From NCBI GenBank assembly GCA_036507075.1, contig DASXQR010000057.1:1-43579 (forward strand): a DNA stretch of 43,579 nucleotides, in the 5' to 3' direction. This stretch comes from Acidobacteriota bacterium (GTDB lineage: Bacteria; Acidobacteriota; UBA6911; JACQSX01). This document shows positions 9,070-18,375 of this stretch, piece after piece (within the stretch, counting starts at the first letter, position 1; every line of letters begins with the position of its first letter). Below the pieces are notes generated by a model. The model was not told where the DNA came from. It made no database searches and saw only the letters and a program-made list of their open reading frames with translations. Made by a program: the position numbers and the translations under genes.

Positions 9070-10185
9070 TTACCGCTTTCGCCCCAGCCCAAACTGATCG
9101 CCGGTACGAACCGGCTTGCTGTATAAGGATACGATTTCGATCATCTTCTCGCTTTGCACGGCCCTGCCGGTTTCGTCTGCCAGCGCCGCAACAATCTGCT
9201 TGCTGTGTGTATCGATCACTTCTCCTGTGGAAGGATAGGCATATTTCCCATCCAGGCTGAATGTCACCCAGCCTGGCTGGTCTCGAAGCTTGATGCTCTT
9301 GATCTGTCTGGGCGGCGTGACTGTAGCATCAAAGATGTGCATGCTGCTGTTTGCCGCATCCGAGACCCAGAGTTCCTTTTCATTCGGCGTCAGTCCAACA
9401 CCGTGACTGGGACATCCGTGACGCTTTACGGGGCCCTTCTGATAGCCGGTGACTTCAACCCGGTGCAGCATTTTTCCGGTGTTCAAGTCCCCGATTTCAA
9501 ATCCGAGCAGGTCATTCACGTTCACATATACCAGGCTCTCTTTGAAATTCACGGTGAACGGTCGAATATAGTTACTGAAAGGCCCCACCGTCTTTATGGC
9601 TTTGTGGGTGCTGGTGTCTGCCACAGTCAACAGCGGAGATTTCAAACCCGCCAGGTAGGCAAATTTCCCCCCCGGTCCGCATACTGTGTTATGGGAACCG
9701 GACTTTGTCTCAATTCGCGCGATCACATCTCCTGTGCCTGCGTCGACTACATGCCAGTGAGGTCCCTCGAATGACGGCACGTAGATGGCACTGCCATCCG
9801 GTGTGATCGCCATGCGATCGCAACCGCCGTCATACTGTTTGTTCCAAAGGATCTTTTCTGTGGTCAGATCGATACAGACCAGGCGTTGGGGTGTGCTGAA
9901 GTAAAGCCTTCCGGTTTTTGCGCTGGCGCACACTCCCTTTACATTTTCCGCCTCTGCGCCCGGTTTTACTTCCAACGTGGGAATTCGCTTCACCCACCGG
10001 TGACCGTTATCCATGTCATAGACCAAAATACCGACGCCTCCCCATTCCACGTAGTTTCGAATACCGGGAACCACGACGTACAACAGGTGCTTTTCTTTCT
10101 TAGCGGCATCCGTCGTCAGCGGCAGCGGTATGGCAATCAGCGCCAGGAGACAGAAAACATGCAGACCAAACCTGGTAAACTTCAC
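9070..10185 (-). CDS. Secreted YncE/YVTN-like beta-propeller protein
   Basis: 371 aa. Signal peptide and repeated blades (MAITPDGSAIYV, GLTPNEKELWVS, TFSLDGKYAY). GTG start with AGGAGG RBS. Confidence 0.8.
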   Translation of the reverse strand: MKFTRFGLHVFCLLALIAIPLPLTTDAAKKEKHLLYVVVPGIRNYVEWGGVGILVYDMDNGHRWVKRIPTLEVKPGAEAENVKGVCASAKTGRLYFSTPQRLVCIDLTTEKILWNKQYDGGCDRMAITPDGSAIYVPSFEGPHWHVVDAGTGDVIARIETKSGSHNTVCGPGGKFAYLAGLKSPLLTVADTSTHKAIKTVGPFSNYIRPFTVNFKESLVYVNVNDLLGFEIGDLNTGKMLHRVEVTGYQKGPVKRHGCPSHGVGLTPNEKELWVSDAANSSMHIFDATVTPPRQIKSIKLRDQPGWVTFSLDGKYAYPSTGEVIDTHSKQIVAALADETGRAVQSEKMIEIVSLYSKPVRTGDQFGLGRKR

Positions 10186-10290
10186 GCGCCCCCTCCTTTT
10201 GTCGTCTTCGGTGCGCCTAATTCACGAAATTCTGCTTTCTTGCCAAAATTCCGTTCCACGCTGCCGTGATTGGCACACAGGTTAAAACCC

Positions 10291-10340
10291 TGGCTTTGTG
10301 TCTTGGTGGTTCAATATTTCTCACCACGAAGGCACCAAGC
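10291..10340. repeat. Palindromic element, CTTGGTGTCTTGGTGGT family
   Basis: GCTTTGTGTCTTGGTGGT...ACCACGAAGGCACCAAGC in the divergent intergenic region. Confidence 0.75.
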
Positions 10341-10418
10341 TTCCGAACTTGCACTGAACTTTTTCACACTTTCCGGGACAAGAGACCTGTATTATTTCAG
10401 AAATTTCATTTCACAGCG

Positions 10419-11378
10419 ATGAAAGCGATTCGTATTCATCAATTCGGCGGCCCCGAGGTTCTTGAACTGGAAGACCTGCCTGACCCCAAGCCGGCTGCCG
10501 GACAGATCCTGGTGCGAGTGCGAGCGGCGGGGGTCAATCCCGTTGACACGTATATTCGCTCCGGCAGCTACGCGGTTAGGCCTCCGCTGCCTTACACGCC
10601 TGGAATTGACGCCGCCGGAGAGGTGGCCGCTGTGGGCGACGGGGTCAGTGGTGTGCGCGCCGCGGATCGCGTATATCTTTCAGGCGCGCTCACCGGAACC
10701 TATGCGGAGCTGGCCTTGTGTGATAAGTCGCAAGTCCATCCCCTGCCTCAGACAATCTCGTATTCGCAGGGGGCCGCTGTGAATGTTCCCTATGTCACTG
10801 CTTACCGCGCTTTGTTTCAGCGTGCGCGCGCCACTGCCGGGGAGGTAGTGCTGGTTCACGGAGGCAGCGGCGGTGTCGGAATAGCCGCCGTTCAGTTGGC
10901 GCGTGCCGCAGGAATGCTTGTCGTTGCCACAGCGGGAACCGACAAAGGAAGAGAACTGGTTCTCAAGCAGGGAGCCCATCACGCTCTTGACCATCGTTCG
11001 CCCGATTACCTGCAGAAAATTTCAGTTCTGGCCGGTCGTCAGCCCGACGTCATTCTGGAAATGCTGGCCAACGTCAATCTGGGAAAAGATCTCCCGATTC
11101 TCGCATTTCGCGGGCGTGTAGTGGTAATCGGAAGCCGCGGCACCGTGGAAATCAATCCCCGGGATGCCATGAGCCGGGACGCCGCGGTGCTGGGAATGAC
11201 TCTGCTGAATGCTACCGCTCAGGAGCTTGCCTCGATTCACGCAGCGCTGGTAGCCGGGCTGGAGAACGGCACATTGCGTCCCGTGGTCGGCCGTGAGTTG
11301 ACGCTGGCAGAAGCCGCGCGGGCTCATCAACTCGTGATGGAGCCGGGGGCATACGGGAAAATTGTGCTGGTACCGTGA
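10419..11378 (+). CDS. NADPH:quinone reductase (zeta-crystallin/MDR family)
   Basis: MKAIRIHQFGGPEVL, AAGVNPVD, VLVHGGSGGVG, GKIVL. The upstream ORF extension runs through a repeat element, so the start is set at ATG 10419. Confidence 0.93.
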   Translation: MKAIRIHQFGGPEVLELEDLPDPKPAAGQILVRVRAAGVNPVDTYIRSGSYAVRPPLPYTPGIDAAGEVAAVGDGVSGVRAADRVYLSGALTGTYAELALCDKSQVHPLPQTISYSQGAAVNVPYVTAYRALFQRARATAGEVVLVHGGSGGVGIAAVQLARAAGMLVVATAGTDKGRELVLKQGAHHALDHRSPDYLQKISVLAGRQPDVILEMLANVNLGKDLPILAFRGRVVVIGSRGTVEINPRDAMSRDAAVLGMTLLNATAQELASIHAALVAGLENGTLRPVVGRELTLAEAARAHQLVMEPGAYGKIVLVP

Positions 11379-11381
11379 AGC

Positions 11382-11605
11382 CGGAATGCGGAATGCGGAA
11401 TGCGGAATTTCCGTTGTTCGTTGTCAGTTGTCAGTTGTCCGTTGTCCGTGGTCCTTGTCCGTGGTTGGTCCGTTGTCCGTGGTCAGTGGTTCAGTTCTCA
11501 TCAATGTTCGAACTGGAACACCAGACATTAAGATGGAACAAGGGACAACCGACGACGGACGACTGACAACGGACAACGGACCACTGACAACGGGCATTCC
11601 GCATT
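11382..11605. repeat. Two-layer nested heptamer palindrome: (GGAATGC)n[(TCCGTTG)n..(CAACGGA)n](GCATTCC)n
   Basis: Outer arms at 11382-11409 and 11595-11605, inner arms at about 11410-11495 and 11543-11594, with a unique core between them. Confidence 0.9.
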
Positions 11606-11623
11606 AGATTTAGATAAGGACCT

Positions 11624-13786
11624 ATGTTGAAAATCTTCAAGCTGGCGATTCCGCCGATTCTGTTGGTCGCCTGCTGGTGCGCTCTTCGCGCTGTTCCATT
11701 CGGGCAAAGCGCACCGGCTGGAGATCAGGCCTCAGCGGCCGCAGACCCTGACTACCTGGCATCCAAGGTCCTGATCCGGAGGGACAACTATGGCGTCCCG
11801 CACATCCTGGGCGAGACCGAAGAGGCGGCGGCCTTCGGCCTCGGATACGCCGTGGCAGAAGACCATATTCTTGAGCTGGCCCGGTTGTTTCTGAAGGCGC
11901 GCAGTGAAGAGGCGGCTTTCTTCGGTGAAAAATTCGTCGACTCGGATCTGGCGACCAAAGAGCTGCAAATTCACGAGTATGCGCAGATTGGCTATCAAAG
12001 GATGCCCCCCTGGGTGCGCTTCATCGTCGATGGATATGCCGCCGGTTACAACCGCTACGTAGCCAAACACCGCTCCGAGCTTCCGGAATGGGTGAAGCCT
12101 GTTTCGGGCGTGGATGTGGTTGCTCACGCGCGCCGCGTCATCATTATGGAATTCAGTATGGACCTGCGCCAGCTTCAGGCGATTGGTCGCAGCGCCTCGG
12201 CAAGCGCCCCGAATGTCTGGTGGGAGCCTGTTCACGGCTCCAACATGTGGGCTATCGGAAAGGAACGCTCGGTGTCCGGAAAAGGCATCCTGCTTGGCAA
12301 TCCGCATCTGTCCTGGAGTGGATCACAAATCTTTCATGAAGCCCATCTCACCGTTCCGGGAAAAGTGAATATCAGCGGAAGCACTCTGATCGGCGCCCCC
12401 GGGCTCGCCATCGGCTTCAATGAAAACCTGGGATGGTCGCACACCGTCAACGCCCACGATTCGGACGACGTGTACGAACTGACGCTCGATTCCAAAGATG
12501 AGCATCGCTATCTATATGACGGGCACTCGCTTCCCATGCAGAAACAGGAAATCGAAGTCCGCGTGAAAACCGATTCCGGGATGGTTGCAAGGAAGAAGGA
12601 TGTCTACTGGACGCACTATGGGCCGGTGCTGAAGTGGCATGCGGGAAAGGCTTATGCGTTCAAATCGGCGAACCTGGACGAGTGCCGGTTCATTGAACAG
12701 TGGAATCGTATGGGCAAGGCCGGAAACCTGGCAGAATTTCGGCGCGCTCTCGATATGCAGGCAATCCCCATGTTCAACATCTGCTACGCGGATCGGGAAG
12801 GAAATGTGTTCTACATATTCAACGGACGCTTTCCCGATCGCCCCTCCGGTTATCGCTGGTCCGGCGTCATTCCCGGGAACACAGCGGCCTCCGAATGGAG
12901 CAGCATTCTTCCGGAATCAAGACTGCCTCAACTGATTAATCCTTCCGGTGGATATGTTCAGAACAGCAATTCCTCACCCTGGTATACCAACTTGCGGCAG
13001 ATCATCGACCGTAGAAACTTCCCCGAAGATTTGACCCCAAACTTCAATGGCCTGCGAACGCAATTGAGTCTGGAAATGCTTGAAGCCGATAGAAGCATCA
13101 CTCTGGACGAGGTGCTTTCCTACAAGTACAACACGCGCCTCCTTCTTGCCGACCGCGTGAAGACAGATCTGCTGCAGATAGCCGCCGGTCAGACGGTAGA
13201 TGGGATCAATCTGGACGAACCTTCTGCCGTGCTTCAAGCATGGGACAACCGAGCGGCGCGTGAAAGCAGGAGCGCGATGCTCTTTGTCACCTTCTGGACG
13301 AAATATCGTGAAAAAGCGCGTCCTCTGTTCGCGAAGTCATGGGAAGAACGACAGCCCGTCACAACGCCCGCAGGCATCGGAGATAAAGCAGCAGCCTTGA
13401 AGGCGCTGGCCGCGGCCGCAAAGGAGATGAAGGAAAAGTATCACGTCCTTGATCCACCCTGGGGCGACATTCACCGCCTGCGCCGGGGAAGTCTGGACGT
13501 GCCGATTGGCGGGTTGACTGACGACTTCGGGGCATTTCGCATCATCGGTTACGAGCCGCTCAAAGACGGCATATTCGCAGCGCGTGGCGGCGACAGCTAT
13601 GTATTTGCCGTGGAATTCACGTCGCCGCCGAAAGCCTACAGTATCGTCGCGTATTCACAGTCGGACGACCAGAATTCCCGTCATTACACGGACCAGTCCG
13701 CGCTTTTTGCGCAGGAAAAATGGAAGCAGGCTTGGTTTACCGAAGACGAGATCGCAAAGAATCTGGAACGGTCCTATCGACCGTGA
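11624..13786 (+). CDS. Penicillin acylase-family Ntn-hydrolase (AHL/aculeacin acylase-like), secreted
   Basis: 720 aa. IRRDNYGVPHI, GSNMWAIG (nucleophile Ser), LLGNPH, GWSHTVN, FNICYADREGN. Confidence 0.92.
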   Translation: MLKIFKLAIPPILLVACWCALRAVPFGQSAPAGDQASAAADPDYLASKVLIRRDNYGVPHILGETEEAAAFGLGYAVAEDHILELARLFLKARSEEAAFFGEKFVDSDLATKELQIHEYAQIGYQRMPPWVRFIVDGYAAGYNRYVAKHRSELPEWVKPVSGVDVVAHARRVIIMEFSMDLRQLQAIGRSASASAPNVWWEPVHGSNMWAIGKERSVSGKGILLGNPHLSWSGSQIFHEAHLTVPGKVNISGSTLIGAPGLAIGFNENLGWSHTVNAHDSDDVYELTLDSKDEHRYLYDGHSLPMQKQEIEVRVKTDSGMVARKKDVYWTHYGPVLKWHAGKAYAFKSANLDECRFIEQWNRMGKAGNLAEFRRALDMQAIPMFNICYADREGNVFYIFNGRFPDRPSGYRWSGVIPGNTAASEWSSILPESRLPQLINPSGGYVQNSNSSPWYTNLRQIIDRRNFPEDLTPNFNGLRTQLSLEMLEADRSITLDEVLSYKYNTRLLLADRVKTDLLQIAAGQTVDGINLDEPSAVLQAWDNRAARESRSAMLFVTFWTKYREKARPLFAKSWEERQPVTTPAGIGDKAAALKALAAAAKEMKEKYHVLDPPWGDIHRLRRGSLDVPIGGLTDDFGAFRIIGYEPLKDGIFAARGGDSYVFAVEFTSPPKAYSIVAYSQSDDQNSRHYTDQSALFAQEKWKQAWFTEDEIAKNLERSYRP

Positions 13787-13842
13787 GATTTCTTTAGTGA
13801 TACGATCAGGTCAATTTCACACCAACCTTAAGGGGGTCAGCT

Positions 13843-14319
13843 ATGAAGATATTCGATAAGGAACTGTCCGAGTACGTGAGTTTCCAGAAGGTGATTCTCA
13901 CGTTGATCGTAATCGTAGGCCTGGTGAGACTGGGTCTGTCGCTGGCCGGGGTCTCAAACTCAGTGGCGCGATGGTTCAGCATCACCGCCCTGGTGCTGAT
14001 CGGATTGGTTTATTATTCCATTCGGATCGCAACCACCGGATTTGGGAGTTATCGCCACCTGCTGCCGCTGCTTTTCATTCAAAACGCGGTTGCCACATTG
14101 ATTATCGTGGCCGCGATCGCTCTGGCCATTTTTACCGGACACGACAACATCTTCAGCGCGCCCGAGTACAGCGGTGGGGGTGATGGCAAAACCTGGGGAC
14201 ACATCGGCGCGCATGTGCTGTTGGGAGCGATAATCGCGCCGCTGATCGGGTGGCTGATCGGATCGTTGATTTTGTTTATCACCCGCAAGGTGGTCGGCCC
14301 GCGGCCCGCCGCCGTCTGA
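13843..14319 (+). CDS. Hypothetical integral membrane protein (about 4 TM segments)
   Basis: 158 aa with four hydrophobic stretches. AGGGGG RBS. Ends 1 nt before the next gene. Confidence 0.8.
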   Translation: MKIFDKELSEYVSFQKVILTLIVIVGLVRLGLSLAGVSNSVARWFSITALVLIGLVYYSIRIATTGFGSYRHLLPLLFIQNAVATLIIVAAIALAIFTGHDNIFSAPEYSGGGDGKTWGHIGAHVLLGAIIAPLIGWLIGSLILFITRKVVGPRPAAV

Positions 14320-14320
14320 C

Positions 14321-15295
14321 ATGAGTGCAGTTGGAAAGACGGTCCGTGCGGGGGCGGTTCAGTTCGAGCATAGGGCGGCAGACAAACAGGCAAATCTGGA
14401 AAAGATTCGGAGTTTCGCCCGACTGGCTGCCGCCCGGGGAGTGCGCATTCTGGCATTTCCGGAATGTTGCATCTGCGGGTACTGGTTCCTGCGAAATCTT
14501 TCGCGCTCGCAGCTCTTTGAGCTGGCCGAACCGGTGCCCGAGGGGCCCTCATTGCAGGCTCTGAAGGCATTGGCGCGACAGCACCAGATGACCATCGGCG
14601 CCGGACTGATCGAAGTTGAAGGAGATCGGCTCTACAACACCTACCTGGTTGCCACCGCCGCCGGGGAATGTTACCGCCATCGGAAAATCCACTCTTTCGA
14701 GAGCGATCACATCAGTTCGGGGTCCGAATATACCGTATTTGACGATCCAAGTGGTTGGCGTGTGGGTGTGTTGACGTGCTATGACGTGAACATCTGCGAA
14801 AACGTCCGCATCACGACGCTTCGCGGGGCCGAACTTCTTCTGGCTCCGCACCAGACGGGCGGTTGTCGCTCCAACGACCCGAACATCATGGGACTGATTG
14901 AACGCTCTGTCTGGGAAAAGCGCCACGAAAATCCTGCGGCAATCGAGGCTGAGCTGCGCGGCGACAAGGGAAGAGGCTGGCTGATGCGGTGGTTGCCGGC
15001 TCGCGCGCACGACAACGGGCTGTTTCTGGTTTTCAGCAATGGCATCGGCGTGGATGATGACGAAATTCGGACCGGTAACGCCATGATCATCGATCCTTAC
15101 GGCCGCATTCTGGCAGAGACCTGGAGGGCCGGCGACGACATGGTGATCGCCGACCTGGACGGCAATTTGCTGGCTGAAGCGACCGGCCGCCGATGGATCC
15201 GCACCCGCCGCCCTCAGCTTTACGGACCGATCGCCGTTGCCACGGGTTTAGAACAAGACACCAGGGCCGTGCGGTTTGACGACAAAGGCGCCTGA
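14321..15295 (+). CDS. Carbon-nitrogen hydrolase (nitrilase/amidase) family protein
   Basis: E-K-C triad motifs FPECC, HRKIH and LTCYD, plus ARAHDNG and IIDPYG. Confidence 0.92.
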   Translation: MSAVGKTVRAGAVQFEHRAADKQANLEKIRSFARLAAARGVRILAFPECCICGYWFLRNLSRSQLFELAEPVPEGPSLQALKALARQHQMTIGAGLIEVEGDRLYNTYLVATAAGECYRHRKIHSFESDHISSGSEYTVFDDPSGWRVGVLTCYDVNICENVRITTLRGAELLLAPHQTGGCRSNDPNIMGLIERSVWEKRHENPAAIEAELRGDKGRGWLMRWLPARAHDNGLFLVFSNGIGVDDDEIRTGNAMIIDPYGRILAETWRAGDDMVIADLDGNLLAEATGRRWIRTRRPQLYGPIAVATGLEQDTRAVRFDDKGA

Positions 15296-15316
15296 GCGAA
15301 GCCGCGAAAAAACCTG

Positions 15317-15417
15317 AACCGCCAAGAACGCCAAGCACCTTTTCAACAAATAGGGGTCTGTCCCCCAATTAAAAAAAGGGGTCTGTCCCCATTTTGGCTC
15401 CTGTCCCCATTTTGGCT
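15317..15417. repeat. Half AACCGCCAAG element followed by tandem GGGGTCTGTCCCC mini-hairpins (REP-like)
   Basis: GAACCGCCAAGAACGCCAAG, then GGGGTCTGTCCCC at 15353-15365 and 15378-15390, and CTGTCCCCATTTTGGCT at 15383 and 15401. Confidence 0.7.
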
Positions 15418-15503
15418 GGTATTGTAGGCTAACGCACACGCCAGGGTCGAAAATTTGAAGCATAATAGGCCCCGACGGAAACGTCTTGCAACCGGAGAAC
15501 CCC

Positions 15504-16307
15504 ATGATCGAGCGTCGAAGAGGTGGTTTCAGACTGCCTTTACTGTTTGCCCTGTTGCTCATCTGTTCGGCCGCGGCCCAGGAGGTGTTGACCAACGACG
15601 CCATCGTCAAAATGGTCGGAGCCGGGCTTTCTGAAGACATCATCCTGGTAAAGATTCAAACTTCGGCGGGCAACTACCGGCTGGACACGGATTCGCTGCT
15701 GCAGTTAAAGGCCAAGAATGTCAGCGATCGCCTCATCCAGGCGATGATGTCAAAATCAAGCGGTGCCGCTAAGGCGGCTCCCGATACGGCGACGCCGAAA
15801 ACAGATCAAATTCAGGAATACGAGCTGCTGGCTACAAACCGCACTTCCAGCATGGAGAAGGAAATGAACGCTGCGGCGCTGCGCGGTTATGGCTTCGCCG
15901 GCTTGACTTTCGGCGACACTCTCTTTGGAGGGAAAGAAGTGATTGTCGCCATGCGCCGGACCGAAAATGGCAAACTGGAATACAAGCTGCTGGCAACCAG
16001 TAAGACCTCAACCATGGATAAGGAATTGAATGAGGCTGCCGCCCAGGGGTATCGGTTCAAAGAAGCAAGCTATGGTGAGACTGCGGCCGGCGGCAAAGAA
16101 GTGATCACCGTGCTGGAACGTCCCGCCGGGCAGACCGAGAGGCGTTTCGGCTATAAGTTGATTGCCACAAACAAAACTTCAACACTGAAAAAAGAGATGA
16201 ATAAGCTCTCGCTGGAAGGCTTTTCGCTGGTGGATGTAACTTATGGAGAGACGGCGTTCGGAGGACAGGAAGTTATCGCCGTGCTGGAGATGGAAGTAAA
16301 GCGGTAA
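15504..16307 (+). CDS. Secreted hypothetical protein with three tandem ~54-aa repeats (DUF4177-like)
   Basis: Signal peptide, helical LTNDAIVKMV..LSEDII domain, then three copies of Y(E/K)L(L/I)AT..TS(S/T)..KE.N.....G(Y/F)......(F/Y)G.T..GG.EV. ATG 15504 has a GGAG RBS. Confidence 0.8.
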   Translation: MIERRRGGFRLPLLFALLLICSAAAQEVLTNDAIVKMVGAGLSEDIILVKIQTSAGNYRLDTDSLLQLKAKNVSDRLIQAMMSKSSGAAKAAPDTATPKTDQIQEYELLATNRTSSMEKEMNAAALRGYGFAGLTFGDTLFGGKEVIVAMRRTENGKLEYKLLATSKTSTMDKELNEAAAQGYRFKEASYGETAAGGKEVITVLERPAGQTERRFGYKLIATNKTSTLKKEMNKLSLEGFSLVDVTYGETAFGGQEVIAVLEMEVKR

Positions 16308-16321
16308 CAGCAGGCGCCCCT

Positions 16322-16605
16322 GGGCAAGAATTCTTGCACCACAAAGGCTCAGCGCGGCCGTAGGCCGCAACCAAAAAGCCGTCCACGTTCACGAGCACGT
16401 GCACGTCAACGGCCACGTCTCAGGTCCGCGAACACGACAACATACAGACAGCCCCACAGTTCTGTGCAGTCTGTGACGAACCGAGCGTAGTCGTAAACGT
16501 AATCGTGGACGTTGACGTGCACGTGCTCGTAGACGGCTTTGAAAACTTTGCCAAAAAACCAAGAAGTTGCCAACTTGGGCCTTTGTGGTGCAAAAACTCT
16601 TGCTC
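16322..16605. repeat. Three-layer nested palindromic element between convergent genes
   Basis: Outer 30-bp IR at 16322-16351 and 16576-16605. Module GCGCGGCCGTAGGCCGCAACCAAA at 16352-16375. Inner hexamer-period (CACGNN) IR at about 16376-16418 and 16504-16539. Confidence 0.88.
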
Positions 16606-18044
16606 TAAAACTCGTACGCTCCTACGTCCAGCGCGCCGTGGACCGCGCGCGCGGTGCTCGACTGGTGTTTGACATACTCCCTTATCACGTTGTTGGCAGG
16701 CAGAACGTCCGGATGCAGCGTGGTCCCGGCGTCGATGCAGGCTGAACCGGCCGCAAGGTGAAAGTCCTGTCCCGCTTCGTTGACGAACCCGGGCGCGGAA
16801 CCGGTAATCGTGCCGCTGTCGGTGACGGTTCCCTTGGGATGGCTGACGTTGAAGCGTGACCATCCGGTCTCAATCCAATTGTTTGTCAGCGTCAGAATGC
16901 CGTAATTGTCCAGCATCTTGATCGTGCTTCCTGCCGCCTGCGCCGCGTAGATGATGTTATTGCGCGCATCGCAGCTCTGGTTGTTTGTATCAAGACGGAA
17001 GATGCGCGTCTTATCCGTTCTGTTTGTTACGATGGTGTTGTTGTAAAAATAAAGCGGTCCGTTCTTGTATCCCTTGTTGCCCGCCGTGTCGCCGCCAAAG
17101 TGGACAACGTCATTGTTCCCGCCGCTCAACGGATCAACAATGACCACATTTCCGTAGACATACGCCTTGTGGTAATTCGGATCGTTGCGCAGGATGGAAC
17201 TGTCCTGTGCGTCCACAAGATCAAACTGGCGATTGGCGGCGCCTTCAAACCAGTTATACCGGATCACCAGGCCGGAGGAGCGGTCTTTCAGTCCATTTCC
17301 GGCGCATCCGGAGCAGACCGGGCCAAAGCGGTTGTACTGGAACGTGATTCCCTTCGACTCGGTGTAATTGTTGTGATGCGTGTTGCTCCCGGAATTGCCA
17401 TTGTTATACAGGTAGCACCCTTCCACCAGCACGCTGCTGGAAGTGGTTGTGTCGCTGGAGAACGAGAAAAAGCCGTTGCCGCAATCGTGGATCACGCAAT
17501 TGCGCACGGTAACGTTATCGCCGAATTCCAGATAAATGGCCGAAGCGGGAAGCGTATAGGTCTTCAGGCTGCCGTCGGCTGCGGTAAAGGTGTTCGGATT
17601 CTTCGCGCCCCTGATTTCCAGGTTTTCGATCACCAGATATTGGGGATTGACGGTAGTGCCGTCGGCAAAGGGAACAGTGGAGCCGCCGATTTTTATCACT
17701 CCCCGCTCCTGGCTGTAGTAGTTCAGCGCCGTGCGCGTGGTGGCGTTATTCCCTTCCAGGATGGGCCGTTCTCCATTAGGTCCCAGTACCCCGTGAACCG
17801 TAATCGGGGCCGACGCGGTTCCCACACGCGCCAGGATGAACTTCTCGGCATAAGGCGTGGCCCGATAGAAGATATTGACGGTATCGCCGGCGTTCAACGA
17901 TTCCCAGGGAACGGAACTGACCGTCGAATACTGCTGGCCTGGACCGACGTTGAAGATGGTGGCTTTGGCTTCGGTCGAGAAGGCAACCATCAGCAGGGCA
18001 GCGATCGGCAATAGAAAAGCCAAGCTGTGCTTGTTGGAGATCAT
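16605..18044 (-). CDS. Secreted right-handed parallel beta-helix (pectin-lyase-like) protein
   Basis: 479 aa. Signal peptide, Asn/Gly-rich beta-helix repeats (VTVRNCVIHDCGNG, VLVEGCYLYNNG, VIRYNWFEG), C-terminal DFHLAAGSACIDAG...DVGAYEF. AAGGAGG RBS. Confidence 0.88.
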   Translation of the reverse strand: MISNKHSLAFLLPIAALLMVAFSTEAKATIFNVGPGQQYSTVSSVPWESLNAGDTVNIFYRATPYAEKFILARVGTASAPITVHGVLGPNGERPILEGNNATTRTALNYYSQERGVIKIGGSTVPFADGTTVNPQYLVIENLEIRGAKNPNTFTAADGSLKTYTLPASAIYLEFGDNVTVRNCVIHDCGNGFFSFSSDTTTSSSVLVEGCYLYNNGNSGSNTHHNNYTESKGITFQYNRFGPVCSGCAGNGLKDRSSGLVIRYNWFEGAANRQFDLVDAQDSSILRNDPNYHKAYVYGNVVIVDPLSGGNNDVVHFGGDTAGNKGYKNGPLYFYNNTIVTNRTDKTRIFRLDTNNQSCDARNNIIYAAQAAGSTIKMLDNYGILTLTNNWIETGWSRFNVSHPKGTVTDSGTITGSAPGFVNEAGQDFHLAAGSACIDAGTTLHPDVLPANNVIREYVKHQSSTARAVHGALDVGAYEF

Positions 18045-18146
18045 GGTGTTCCTCCTTATTTTTCGGCGAAACGCCTGCTACAGGTTTGGTTCAAGAAATC
18101 TTTTGGTTGGATTGTAGCGCCGACGTCAAGTCGAGGGAGGTCTGCT

Positions 18147-18369
18147 GTACCCGTAGCCGAACCGCGCGCGTAAGCAAGCGGACCCTCCGGGATTTGCCAC
18201 GAAGACACGGAGAATCGCTATTCATTTTGAAGTGACATTTCTCATAACTCGATCCAGCTTGTCGCAGAAGTTGCACTTCTAACTCAATCGTTATCCTTCG
18301 TGTCTTCGTGTCTTCGTGGCAAATCCCGGAAGGTCCGCTTGCTTACGCGCGCGGTTCGGCTACGGGTAC
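18147..18369. repeat. Composite 66-bp inverted repeat (REP-like outer layer, CACGAAGA inner layer), MITE-like
   Basis: 18147-18212 matches the reverse complement of 18304-18369 with 2 mismatches: GTACCCGTAGCCGAACCGCGCGCGTAAGCAAGCGGACC-TCCGGGATTTGCCACGAAGACACG. Confidence 0.9.
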
Positions 18370-18375
18370 CGCGGA

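Noticed and set aside
11362..11607. Short ORFs over repeat elements (also 92..319, 5213..5395, 23346..23540, 37813..38178, 41122..41340)
   Set aside because: Their peptides (CGMRNAE, LSVVRC, TTDNG) are translations of the periodic repeats and show no protein-family features.
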